Below are positions 13,401 to 25,591 of a stretch of 64,000 bases of DNA, piece by piece. A program made the translations under genes and the position numbers. The stretch's first letter is position 1. Every line of letters begins with the position of its first letter. The notes under the pieces were generated by a model that had not been told where the DNA came from, searched no databases, and saw only the letters and a program-made list of their open reading frames with translations. The stretch is taken from NCBI GenBank assembly GCA_965178125.1, contig OZ237772.1, forward strand, positions 62,001-126,000, in the 5' to 3' direction. This DNA comes from Bilabrum cf. latius. Lineage: Eukaryota.

Positions 13401-14292
13401 CAAACAGGCACGGGTGCTAGTGTCGGTTGGATGGACTCAATCCAACGAGTTTGGCCACCTTGCATACGGCCCTCTTCGTGTGCCCGAGGTCACCCCGGCT
13501 CCCATCAGCGTCCTGGGCAGGTCGGTCACAGTCCAGACCCCTACCCTTGCCGAGCACCTGGGGATGGGGCTGTGGATCGGAGCACTGCTCGGCCTGCTTT
13601 TGATCCTGCTGCTGGGCGGGCTGGCCTATGCCCTTGGGTGCAGGGCACGGGCGAGGATCGGTGTCACTGTGCCCCTGCCTGCCAAGGAACAGGGCGATCC
13701 ACCGGTGGCTGCGGCCAAAGACGGGATGGCAGACACGGTCTAGCTCGAGAGCAAGCGGGTGGCTCCGATGGGCGGGCTCAGGACCAACCCGAGGATGATG
13801 GACGCAAGGTCGGTGGAGATTATGCACCTGGACAATGAGATATACCGGGGGGGGGTAGGCTTGAACCGGCACAGCGATAAAAGACGCGGGATGGTGCATG
13901 GCAGCAACAGGCTCCTGGAAGGGCCCCAGGAGCACAGATCTTCTTCAATCCGGCGCACTCGCAGGCGGGAGGGCAAGACCACGGTGGTGCTTCCGGGCGT
14001 GCCTGCCTCTGATCTGCGGGAGGCCATGCAGGCGGCTCTGGGGCCCACTCAGCTGCGGGAGTCGATCGAGGAGAGGGCGCCGCTGTCCCGGCCGGGGACT
14101 GGAGTGGGATCAGCTGCGGTGGCAGGCGGGGGTAACTCGGTGTACTTGCAGGATGCCTCGCTGATGGACCGGGAGGAGCGTGCAGCGAGGGCGGCGTGGG
14201 AGGCGGCGCTGCACCGAGCAGCAAGTAGGGTGAAAGGGGCTGGGGCAGAATCGTGGCTGGAGACAGTGGCAGAGAGAGCAATGCAGCCGTGA
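4432..14292 (+). CDS. Giant type-I membrane protein (~3,240 aa): signal peptide, FG-GAP repeats, IPT/TIG-like domains, C-terminal TM helix and cytoplasmic tail
   Basis: ATG 4432 directly follows an in-frame TAA. Signal peptide MSPTFVPLLVALLMVAGVPTVVG; FG-GAP motifs (FGHAVG..VGAPEDD..GAMYVF, FGDSLALS..VAVGAPDD); TIG-like PTISGVVPSELPVTGGVITVKGSGFG; TM LWIGALLGLLLILLLGGLAYALG. One frame with 13 exonic TAG (4561, 7288, 7420, 7735, 8782, 9559, 9811, 10039, 10042, 11173, 11359, 11551, 13741). TGA 14290. Probable intron 4822-4950. Confidence 0.85.
4822..4950 (+). other. Probable spliceosomal intron (129 nt, phase 0)
   Basis: GTGAGA...CCGCAG, lower GC than flanks; removal gives the FG-GAP motif VGAPEDDEQGQNA|GAMYVF. 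Confidence 0.75.
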
Positions 14293-14866
14293 CTTGAGAC
14301 CGATTAAAAGAGTGGATACATTCAACCAATCATAGTTCGCCGGTGGATTGTGAGCTGTTGCCATGCTTGCCCCAGGCCACGCTTGCCTCGTGCAGAACCT
14401 GTACTATTTTCGGTTTGCCAGGTCAAGGCATTGCATCAGATACGACTAAATATCAAATTGTATCTATCTCCATTGAGTAAATCCAGTGCTATTCAATACT
14501 ACTAGTAGGGACTTTTCGGCTTAAATATTCAGCTTTGTGGATCGACGTGAAAGTAGCGAAATCACACGCTTAATGATATTTTCCGAATGGAGATCGGTGA
14601 ATATAGTGTTTACTGTAGTGTCCTGTTTACTGTAGTGTCCGTTGCGTGGAACCTACAGGGTGTATTCGTGGGATAAACACAAGCATGTGCAGATCACGCT
14701 GCATGCAACTTGCAGAGCCATCCACGGTCGTTAGCCAAATGATAAAGTTGCTAACTCAAACATAAGACATATACTAGCAATCAAACAACACAAACGAAGC
14801 GTTCCATACGCCCGCACCTTGTCTAGCAGCCTGCTATTCCAACTGAAAGCAATTCGAATTCAAATC

Positions 14867-15130
14867 TCAGTTGCCTTTGCCGGACCCCTTGCCTCCAGAC
14901 GAAGAGGCGCCGGCAGCGTATCCGTACGAGTCTTTTGCAACAGTGCTATAGTATGCACCAGGGTCGCGGATTGCCGTCCCATGGCCATTTGTGTACCCAT
15001 CATTGTACCCACGCGCGTTGGAGGCCACCGCTGAGAAGTACGCTCCTGGGCTCCTGATTGCCTGCCCGTGGCCATTGGCAAAGCCACCGCTTCCAGTACG
15101 AGACCAGTTACTTCCATATGAGTAAGGCAT
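14867..15130 (-). CDS. Small 87-aa protein with two copies of a ~21-aa motif
   Basis: ATG to TGA; internal repeats GFANGHGQAIRSPGAYFSAVA and GYTNGHGTAIRDPGAYYSTVA. Confidence 0.7.
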   Translation of the reverse strand: MPYSYGSNWSRTGSGGFANGHGQAIRSPGAYFSAVASNARGYNDGYTNGHGTAIRDPGAYYSTVAKDSYGYAAGASSSGGKGSGKGN

Positions 15131-16036
15131 GACTTCCTTGTGAGGTGCAGTAATCTTCTAGTGCCAATACTTGCCAATCACTGAACGTGGCGTGAAGGAA
15201 CGTTCCCTACTCCGAACTTCCGAACTTCCTAACTTCCTAACCCCGGAACCCCGCGCGCTTAAGGCGCGGCAGAAATTCACAACAAATCTTGCACCCTAGC
15301 CGGTACTGCTCCGCCATCAGCTTCCACACCATACATGCCCGCGGCACCGATGGTACCCATGGGCCATGGCGCAAGCGCCGCTCGCCGCCATGTCAATGTG
15401 CCCTTCGCAGGGCTTCATACCACGGTGCACCACCTCGCTGGAACTGGCGCATTGCACCCCTTGCAGCACTCGCATTGCCTATAGAGCCAGCTGCTGTCCC
15501 TATTCCAGGCAGCACCCGTAAAGATCCTCTTGAGCATGATTGATTCAGATGCGTTGCCTGCTTGAATCGCACGCTGGGAGCAGTGCTTGGGCGAGTCGAT
15601 GAGTCCCGTGACGTGATGGAGATGAACGAGAAGGGCGATGGAAATGCAGGGAAAGGTGGACAAGGTGGACGATGACTGCACAGACAGGGCAGGAATGTGT
15701 GAAAACCGTGGTGAGACCCGGTGGTGTTTCTGAGGTTCTGATGCTTTCCTGCACCGACGAGATCTTATCTAAAGAATTGGCTGTCACATATACATCAGGC
15801 ACGACGCCGCGTTCGCACGGGACAAATGAACAAGGTGGGCGTCCCTACCTGGGGCACTATGATTGTGAGATCACACGTTGTACACAGCACCCTAATCTCG
15901 CAGACAGTCACACATGGTTGCAGTTGGTTTCCTCCGAGAGCCCATCCTCAAAGTTACCAAAAAAAGAAAACTGGCGAACGCTGCCCCTCAGCGCCCGAAT
16001 AGCACGCGGCTTGATTGCCGCTCGAGTCTAATTGTG

Positions 16037-16395
16037 ACCTCTCAACTTCCACATCCGCATGTGGTCGGTGATCCGATCCCCCTGATCCGAGTCACTCGTC
16101 ACACATGCCCAACCCACACCTGCCCGGCCTGTGCCTCCCCCTTCCTATCCGCCTCATCAACCTAATGACCCCACCGATCATCTTCTCTTCCACCATTTCC
16201 TCCCCCGTTCCGGTGAACCGTCGTTCCCCCCTCCCTTTGCTCTACCCTCCCCCCCCCTAGCTGCCCTCTCTCTCTCTCTCTCACTCCTCCGCATCGCTAC
16301 GTCGCATCTGAGCCTGCTCCTCGAGCGGGTCCTGCGCCCACCGAGCGACCTCAATCTCAGAGACCTTGCTGGCCTCACCAACTCGTACGACTGCA
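16037..16395 (+). repeat. Dispersed repeat copy A (inverted relative to 21981-22427)
   Basis: Core 16284-16382 matches the reverse complement of 21994-22092 at 86/99 nt without gaps; gapped similarity extends back to about 16037. Confidence 0.8.
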
Positions 16396-17375
16396 AGTGT
16401 GTTTTGTCGTCTTCGTTCGGGCAATAAGCAACGGTGCAGGAGTAGACTACGAGCCTCCGACATAGGAATAGCATCTCTCCTTATAATAATATCTCCCTTA
16501 TGCATATAATCCTGCAGTTTATCGCGGTATCTGACCGCGATGCCGCCAAACCGATCGTACAGTACAAATGTGAAAGACGAAGATTCAATACCAGGAACGC
16601 TAAAGCAGCAGGCAATCACGTATTGCACAAGCAGTTTTGTAGACCGCATAATTTGTGGTTTATCATTCGCTGCATAGCTAGGCATTTTAATGGACCGCAT
16701 ATACAATTACACGGCGTGAGGACTGATTGTACTCCTTGTGGTTTGGTGCGCTGAAACAAGAACAGCCATTCAACTCCAATATTTCGCCTGACTTTAGCGT
16801 CCAAGGGAAACCCCTTGCACCATAATAGTAACAATAGCTGCACACTACTAGAGATCTTTGATTAGTGCTCAACGAAGCTCTCAACGGAGAGGGCTTTCTG
16901 CCAGACCGTAGCTTGAGTCTAGTACCTGATTTTGCTCCGTATCATCGTTCCTGTTGACCACACAATTGCCCTACTTCACGTTGAACATAGTGATCAAATG
17001 GTTCTGGTTCTCGTGGGAACGCTGCAATGGTTAACGTCTAGATGAGCAGATATATGAGCTCTGCTTTGTGTTGGAGCGTTGAATTTTTTGTGCTCAAATG
17101 CTTGCTGGTCGCACCATTGGACCTTGGGCTATATTTGACCCACGAAAGGCTATTATCTGTATTTAATCAAGCCTGTTCTATTTCGCAGGAATATGCGCGG
17201 CAGAAATGATCTCATGGATGCATTCTGCAATACTAGCCCGGTTCTGCGGGGGTTTCCAAAGTCTTCAGCGGCCGCAATCACAACAACAAGTACCAAAGGC
17301 AAGATGGTGTGGATTGGCGACTCACACGGTTAGTTACGCTTACATTCAAGGGGCTTATGGCCGACGACCGCTTTC

Positions 17376-20300
17376 ATGCGGGCAATAGCTGCTGCCGCAG
17401 TCGCAGCAATACTGCTAGCCTCTGGTGGGAAGACACAGTCTCCGTCTCCCGCAGCCATTGGCACGTTCTCATCGGTTACAAAGATTGCCCAGAACATGAG
17501 CGGGATGCCGCATGATTTGCCTGGTGGTTTCGACCATTTCGGAGATGCTTCAGCCGTGGTGGGAGACGTGGACTAGGACGGCACCGAGGACCTGGCTGTG
17601 TACGCCCCGCGGCGCACCATCAGCGAGGACTCGCAAGGCGCGTTCGTTATGCTGTTCATGAAGCCCGATTCCACAGTGAAACGGGTGCAAGAGTACCATC
17701 TGGGCGCTGGAGGAGGCATTTCTAACTCGATTGCCGGACAGACCTCTGGGCACTTCGGTGCCGGGCTGACTAGATTCGACCAGCCGTTGGGACACCAGGC
17801 AGACGTGCTCCGTGTGTTTGTGGGTGAGCCTGGCTACATGAACAATCAGAGCTCTAGAGCAATCGGGCGCGGCTTCATCTTGCGCGTATTACCCAGCGGG
17901 AACGTGACTAACGTGGCTGTCGTAGACAACTCCGAGTTCAGCCAATACCCCGGTGGTCGTTTCGGGAGCTCATCGTGTTTTCTGGGTGACCTGAATGGAG
18001 ACGGGCTCGTAGATCTGGCGGTGGGCGCCCCAGGAGCAAGCACCAGCTTCACGGATGGCGGTGCAGTGCACGTGCTGTTCCTCGACTCGAATGACACGAC
18101 AAGGTGGACAAACATGCTGACGTAGGCAGACGACTTCGGGGTGATCTCGCCGATGCAGACTGGACTTGGCGTCTCTATGGCATCTTTATTGCCCCGGCTG
18201 GCTGGCAATCCTGTGGATCTTGTGGTGGGCGTGCCATCAGGCGATGTGGCGGTGTATGTGCGGCTGAACACGGTTGGTCGCGCAATTTCGGGGTCCGCAC
18301 GCTTGTTGAAGAACGGTCATTCTGGCATTCCAAACGGGACCATCTCATCCTAGTCGTACTTTGGGTATCGCATGACGAGTGTGAAGGATGCCAACGGGGA
18401 CGGCATCCAGGACCTAGCAGTGGCGGCTGTGCTGGACGACACGGAAGGGGCAAATGCTGGAAGAGGTTTCTTGCTGCTGATGGCCTGCAACTCAACGGAT
18501 CAATCGGACCCACTGGTCAAGGATGTGGTTGCAATATCAAGGAGCTCGGCTGGTTTTGAGTCCCATGTGCAAACTGGGGCGAGATTCAGCGTGCAGAGCG
18601 CTTTCAACGATCTCAACGGAGATGGGCGCGTAGATTTCGTGTTCGGCTTACCGTACGACCCCACAGGAGCAGTCCAAGCTGGCGCCATTCTGATTGGAAC
18701 AATGGAGGGACCTGCACCAGCGGCGTACCATTCAAACTGTGTTGCGCCCTCACCATCCAGCGTACCATCATCGACACCAAGTCCTTTTTCGAGTAACACA
18801 ACAAACGTCACTGCCTCAGCAACACCCAGCAGCGCCCCCACGGCATCAGGCACGCCCAACGCCACTGCCTCAGCAACACCCAGCAGCGCGCCCACGGCAT
18901 CAGGCACGCCCAACGCCACTGCCTCAGCAACACCCAGCAGCGCGCCCACGGCATCAGGCACGCCCAACGCCACTGCCTCAGCAACACCCAGCAGCGCGCC
19001 CACGGCATCAGGCACGCCCAACACCACTGCCTCAGCAACACCCAGCAGCGCGCCCACGGCATCAGGCACGCCCAACGCCACTGCCTCAGCAACACCCAGC
19101 AGCGCCCCCACGGCATCAGGCACGCCCAACGCCACTGCCTCAGCAACACCCAGCAGCGCGCCCACGGCATCAGGCACGCCCAACGCCACAGCCTCAGCAA
19201 CACCCAGCAGCGCGCCCACGGCATCAGGCACGCCCAACGCCACTGCCTCAGCAACACCCAGCAGCGCGCCCACGGCATCAGGCACGCCCAACACCACTGC
19301 CTCAGCAACACCCAGCAGCGCGCCCACGGCATCAGGCACGCCCAACGCCACTGCCTCAGCAACACCCAGCAGCGCCCCCACGGCATCAGGCACGCCCAAC
19401 GCCACTGCCTCAGCAACACCCAGCAGCGCGCCCACGGCATCAGGCACGCCCAACACCACTGCCTCAGCTACACCCAGCAGCGCGCCCACGGCATCAGGCA
19501 CGCCCAACGCCACTGCCTCAGCAACACCCAGCAGCGCGCCCACGGCATCAGGCACGCCCAACGCCACTGCCTCAGCAACACCCAGCAGCGCGCCCACGGC
19601 ATCAGGCACGCCCAACGCCACTGCCTCAGCAACACCCAGCAGCGCGCCCACGGCATCAGGCACGCCCAACGCCACTGCCTCAGCAACACCCAGCAGCGCC
19701 CCCACGGCATCAGGCACGCCCAACGCCACTGCCTCAGCAACACCCAGCAGCGCGCCCACGGCATCAGGCACGCCCAACGCCACTGCCTCAGCAACACCCA
19801 GCAGCGCCCCCACGGCATCAGGCACGCCCAACACCACTGCCTCAGCAACACCCAGCAGCGCCCCCACGGCATCAGGCACGCCCAACACCACTGCCTCAGC
19901 AACACCCAGCAGCGCGCCCACGGCATCAGGCACGCCCAACGCCACTGCCTCAGCAACACCCAGCAGCGCGCCCACGGCATCAGGCACGCCCAACACCACT
20001 GCCTCAGCTACACCCAGCAGCGCCCCCACGGCATCAGGCACGCCCAACACCACTGCCTCAGCAACACCCAGCAGCGCCCCCACGGCATCAGGCACGCCCA
20101 ACGCCACTGCCTCAGCAACACCCAGCAGCGCGCCCACGGCTTCAGGCACGCCCAACGCCACTGCCTCAGCAACCCCCAGCAGCGCGCCCACGGCATCAGG
20201 CACGCCCAACGCCACTGCCTCAGCAACACCCAGCAGCGCCCCCACGGCATCAGGCACGCCCAACGCCACTGCCTCAGCAACACCCAGCAGCGCGCCCACG

Positions 20301-21524
20301 GCTTCAGGCACGCCCAACGCCACTGCCTCAGCAACCCCCAGCAGCGCGCCCACGGCATCAGGCACGCCCAACGCCACTGCCTCAGCAACACCCAGCAGCG
20401 CGCCCACGGCATCAGGCACGCCCAACGCCACTGCCTCAGCAACCCCCAGCCTTGCGTTTATGCCGTCCTCGTCACCATAGATGTCTTCGTCTTTAATGCC
20501 AAGCTTCAGCTCTGCTCCCTCTGTTGCGGCAACGGGTGCAGCATCTATCAGCCCTGTACCTCAGTGCAGCGATGGGGTATTGAACGGTGATGAATCAGAT
20601 ATCGACTGTGGTGACATCTCCGTGGATACGTGTCCGAAGTGCGCGGAAGGGTGGCGTTGCTTGGATTCGCTGAGCTGTGAGGGAGACCTGGTCTGTGCGA
20701 AGAGTACCAAGCGGTGCGTGGAGCGTGTGCGTCCTGCAGGTCTCTGGATCAGGTTTCTGCTCCTCAGGATCCGTGGCAGTTACTTTGCGAGGTTCCTGCA
20801 AACACTCCTGCAAATTCTGCGACGTGACCTGATGAGGGTTTCCTCGTCCACGAGTGTTGTGACATTCCAGAGAGTACAGCGGCGTCGCTGGGGCAGGCGA
20901 TCTCGCACGTTGCAGGCGAACGGAAACGACGATCTCGTACCACTAGACGAGCCCAGTAACGCTGGGAATGCCACGGGAGTCGAAATAGACCTCTCTGTGA
21001 TGCTGCCTGGAGGCACGGAAGAGCAGGCAGCTCGCAGCCTGATCGTGGCATACATTGAAGGCGACGGCAGCGGCAGCGGAGCAGCAGATCGCCTGATGCG
21101 GTTGCTTCAGGAAGCCGTCAGTAGCGGTAATTATACTTCCCTCCTATCATCGCTGCGAGCCGAGGCACCTGCGGCAGAACTCACTGATTTATCGGTCGAG
21201 ACTACGGAGATGTAGGTGGAATCTGAGGTCCTGGATACACCTGAAGTTGTGGAGGAAGCTGCTACTGTCATTCGGCCTGGCAACGTTATTGACAGTGATG
21301 AGAACGAAGATACCCTCATTGGCTTGCCCTTGGCAGCAGCAGTTGCCGTGCTGTGCGTGGTTGGAGTGGCCTTTCTGGTTGGAATGTACGTGATGTATGT
21401 TTACTGCTCGCGTACCCACTCCAAGGTCTATGAGAGCAGGATCGTGGAAGAGGACAACACCACTTCGAGCTCGGGTGCGTATGACCAGAGTAGGGCTAAT
21501 GCCAACCAACTGGGGGTTGTGTGA
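17376..21524 (+). CDS. Type-I surface glycoprotein (~1,380 aa): signal peptide, FG-GAP repeats, mucin-like stalk, Cys-rich module, TM helix
   Basis: MRAIAAAAVAAILLASGG signal; Ca-binding loops GDVD*DGTEDLAV, GDLNGDGLVDLAVGAP, DANGDGIQDLAV, DLNGDGRVDFVFG; CSDGVLNGDESDIDCG module; TM LIGLPLAAAVAVLCVVGVAFLVGMYVMYVYC. Five in-frame TAG (17574, 18123, 18351, 20478, 21213); TGA 21522. Confidence 0.9.
18807..20450 (+). repeat. Coding tandem repeat, 54-bp unit x ~30.4 (ATASATPSSAPTASGTPN)
   Basis: Unit GCCACTGCCTCAGCAACACCCAGCAGCGCGCCCACGGCATCAGGCACGCCCAAC; near-identical copies with a few recurring variants (GCC/ACC, GCG/GCC, GCA/GCT). Confidence 0.97.
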
Positions 21525-21980
21525 GGTTTGACTACCCCTACGTAGCCTACTTCGATCCACCGCATCCTGTGATCCAGACTTGCGAATCGGATCGCCGACA
21601 CTGGATCTGGCACGATGGCAATGGGTGGGTTCGGCAACACGGATTTGGTAGGCTCCGTAGGCTTCGTAGGCCTATGGGAACTAGAAATGACTTGCTTTGC
21701 TTCTACAGCTGCTAACTTACTGTGTAGTACAGTGTGTACAAAAACTTTCATGGGAGCGAGCAATTGCGGCACATCTCCCTGATTAAGTGCTCAGAGAGGG
21801 AATACAGGACACCCAGTGCTGCCTTGACTTCCCTCCGAAGCTTTGACAGTTGCTATTGTGCTCTGCCTCATTTCGTACCTCAAGAGCATCAAGTCCGCCG
21901 TATCCCCCCCCGGATGCAGTGCTGCGCGTAAGTAGCCCGTGCCTCTCGTAATTCTTGCTCTGCAGTGCAGACCCAGCCTG

Positions 21981-22427
21981 GTGCAGACTTTGCGTTGGTG
22001 AGGCCAACGAGGTCTCTGGCATCGAGGTCGCGCGTTGGGCGCAGGAGCCGCTCGAGCTGCAGGCTCAGATCCGACGTAGCGACGCGGACGAGAGAAGGTG
22101 CAGTTAATGAGGCCATAGTGATGAACAGCAGGAGCGGCGGCCAGGGGTGGGCGAGGGGGGTGAGTGCGGAGTAGAGAGGGGTGACGGTTCACCAAGCGGG
22201 TCAGGGGGTACGGGAGGAGGAGATGATCCATGGATTGGTGTGGTCATCTGGTTGATACGTGGATACGGCAGGGGGAGGCGCAGACTGGGCAGGTGCGGAT
22301 GTATCCATGGATGGGGGACGAGTGACCAGTGACTTGGATCAGGGGATCGGATGATCAGTTCGCATCAATCGTTCGGATCCATCCGATCCAGGGATCCGGG
22401 GGATGCGGACGTTGAAGTTGGGAGCTG
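21981..22427 (-). repeat. Dispersed repeat copy B (inverted relative to 16037-16395); possible decayed retroelement fragment
   Basis: Reverse-complement similarity to copy A; minus strand reads IRTCPVCASP...QSMDHLLLPYP with an internal TGA. Confidence 0.75.
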
Positions 22428-22592
22428 GCGTCAAAAAGTCTTTCCCGAGCCGAAAATCCTGCTTGTGACTCCCTGTTATGACCTTATCTGACTAAAGTCC
22501 ACGAATATCATATACGATAAGTTTACGTGTAGCCACCGTGGAGACAGGCTTGGAATTAGCTGCACCAATGCCGTACAGGTGATCCGATTGTT

Positions 22593-25303
22593 TCAATCAC
22601 CGTTGGTATCCTCGTCTGCACCCCCGCCAGCCGCTTCCCCCTCATCACCGCCGTTTCCATCTCCTTCCGCGCCATCCTCCTCTTCTGATTCTTCCTGCGC
22701 TGCCACTTTTGCGATGAGCCCAGTGAGCCCTGCCTCCCCCGCCAGCTCCATCACCATGGCATCCATGGCCTTGACCGCGTCATCCATGCTCAGCTTGGGT
22801 CCCTCCCCCAGCCTCCTGCCGTGCACCTATTGCAGCCATAGGTCGCCGAAATACTCCGCCAGGTTCCTTTGCTTCGCAGCCCCTTTGGCCCCGTCGTGGT
22901 GCACCGTTATGGTGAAATCGCCGCCACAAGCGAATGCCTCCACGTGAGCATCGGGCACCTGGGCCGAGTTGCAGGATACCGGCATACAGGCTCCCTGGTA
23001 CTTGCCGTCGTGACACAGCTCCCCCTTCTGCCCCTGACCCCACGCTAGCATGTCACCGGCGCGAGTACCAGCCACTGTGTGCGCCTTTCCGCAGGACACT
23101 GCCACCACATCCTCCAGTGCCAGTCCCTGCACCCCCACCCAATCCTCGGATACGCACCACCCTGACTCGCTGGCCGCCTGATCTTCCTCTACGGCCCCTT
23201 CGGAGTTTGAATGCGCGATCACCTCGCTGTCTTTGGCCACTCCCAGTAGCCCCCTCCCCACAGTGTACACGGCGCCGTGCCCCGTCACGCAGCACGCGTG
23301 CACCCACCCCGCAGCCACGTCCACCACGTCTCTAAGCCCAAGGTCACCCCCCTTTGCCTGTGCCTCGGACAGGGACCGCTTGGAGGCACGCCGACTGACG
23401 CTCTGCCTTCGCTTCGCGGCCGTTGCTGCATCCCCCCCTTTGGCCGCTGCAATCTGTGACAGGATCGCTCTTTCTTGCGACCCCGGGGAGGAGCTGAGCG
23501 GGGAGAGCTGGCAGGCCCTCAGCTGCGTCTCGGTCCCTTCCAGCAGAGGAGCCACTTCCTCGCCCGGCGCCTGCAGGGCCGCTGTCACTTGCGGAACTGG
23601 CACCGCCCAGCAGTTCCCGCTGATGAACAGTTCCCTCCGCTCCCCCAGGACGAAGAGAGAAAACAGAGCCCCGAATGCCGCCTGCACCGTCCGCACAGAG
23701 CCGGCCTTCCCTTTGTTTACCTTGCGACGAACTGTGAGCGGGAACTACAGCTGCTGTGGGGTCTGCACCACTTTACCAGAGTGCGCCGCACCCACAGCCA
23801 GCTGGTTGCAGTTGTTCTGTCCCCACAGGAAGCACTCTCCCGTGGGGTACAAGGCGCACGACTGGGCCGGTCCCGCCTGCACCATTGGGGGCCCCAGCTT
23901 GGCCAGCGCGTCGGGAGATCCACCGGTGGATGAGGTGGGCAGACCCAAGACCTCCACCGGTGTATTGGTGTTGGCCATGCCTCCCTCCTGCCCCAGCTGT
24001 CCGAGCGTCCCATCCCCCGTGGCCATGACGCGGCCGTCCTTCAGACCAAACAGGGTGTGCGAACCCCCGCACGCGACAGACCGTACGACGTCTTTCCTCA
24101 GCGGTATGACGAGGTACGGCCGCAGGGACTCCATGATCCGATCCCCGCACCCCAGCTGACCGTCGGCGCCGTCACCCCACACGAACACCCTCCCATTCTT
24201 TGCCACAGAGGCCACGTGCCTGTCTCCGCAGGATATTGCCACTGGGGCGTTGGCCGATTTGAGGGCCTTGATCTGAGTGGCTGTGGCTCTGCCAGCTGCG
24301 TTCTTCTAACCTGTGCCCTCCTGCCCGTATGCGTTCCCTCCGAAAAAGAATGCCTTGGAGACTCGCTCTGCGGGATGAAATGTGGGAAAGGGGCATCGGC
24401 AGCAGCAGCAGTGAGATGGGAAATGGGCATCGACAGCAGCAGCAAGTCTGGGTGCGGTGTGCACGGGAGTGCTGGCGCTGGGGTGGGGGAGGGGTTGGAG
24501 GGCGGCGCTTGTATTTTTCCGCGTGACAAGTGCACACCACTCCTTAAAATCGATACACTTCCTATTCATTTCTCACTCTCGTACGCCTTGATGGTAGTAA
24601 CGAGGCTGGCGAAGGTCTTAATAGCCGCCTGCCTGCCCAGCTGCTTGATGCTTCCTCCCCCCCCGCCCGACCCCATCACCGTCTGCTCGATGTCCTCGGG
24701 CTCCTCCAGGGGAGCCACTCGGGAGGCGAAAGGATCGAATTTCTTCTTGGCGGGAGGAGGGCCCGTGGGGGGAGGCGCGGCGCCGCCGCTGCCGGAGGCT
24801 GCCGGTGCGACGGGAGGCGGAGCAGATGTTGAGGATCCCGCGCCTGCCGCAGGAACTGGGGGCGATCCAGCAGGCGCAGAGCCCGCAGACTTCGCGTCGC
24901 TTCCAGGGTCCGCGTGCTCGAGAGGAGCTCCGCCCCTGGAGATGCGCACCTGCTCCTTGATCACGGAGGTGATTGCGCTCGCCCAATCGTCGATGGTCTC
25001 CTCGGCGGACTTGCCCGGGAATTCGTCGCCCGGCTAGACGCAGGCTATGAAGGATTTGCCTCCCGCTAGATTCAATTCCAGTGCCGGCCCTTTCGCCGCG
25101 AAATCGCCGGTTGCGCGAGACACGCGACATGTCGTGTCGATCGCCAGGGGTGGTTTCTTGGGTGCCGTGGCGCTTTCAGATGGGTAGTAAGCGATCGTGG
25201 CAGCCTTCGGATCCAGCTTCACAAATCTCCTTGCCCAAACCATTTTGGTCCGAGATGACATCGCCTTCTTGACAAGCCAACCTTGCTTGCTTTCCGCCGC
25301 CAT
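22593..25303 (-). CDS. PH-domain plus RCC1-repeat protein
   Basis: N-terminal PH domain (KQGWLVKK..WARRFVKL..IAYY; terminal helix IDDWASAI lies beyond TAG 25034). RCC1 repeats (FGGNAYGQ, ISCGDRHV..VFVWGDGADGQLG, VACGGSHT, VSCGKAHT, FACGGDFT). TAG at 25034, 24306, 23745, 22827; probable intron 24368-24576; TGA 22593. Confidence 0.88.
24368..24576 (-). other. Probable intron (209 nt, phase 1)
   Basis: GTGAGA...CCCGCAG; removes the in-frame TGA at 24566 and joins YEK-RVSKAFFFGG. Confidence 0.7.
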
Positions 25304-25591
25304 GATCGACCCACTAGCTGATCAGGTTTTCTCCCAATCAACGCCACTGTGAGCAACCCAGCAGATATGCTGTTCTTTTGTTTAAATGCTACGTACAAAT
25401 CCAGCCGATTTCTCTCTCCAAAGCCTCTGTAATTTGCTCGAGTCGGCTGGGATCGTCGGTAGCTCAGGTTCCGCAACTTGTCGCGCGGCGTCGCAGCCTG
25501 AACGAATGCCACCTTGGTCGCTATTGCTATCCAAAAACAAGAAAACAACTCTTACCTGCACATGCAACACACGCATTTACCGCAGCACGCT

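Noticed and set aside
15415-15900. Possible third, older copy of the CxxC-containing repeat (HSCPVCA on the minus strand)
   Set aside because: Similarity too weak to support by eye.
18500-20496. Long antisense and alternative-frame ORFs (643, 600, 210 aa) over the 54-bp array; CRISPR-like appearance
   Set aside because: Shadows of a stop-poor coding tandem repeat; there are no unique spacers and no cas genes.
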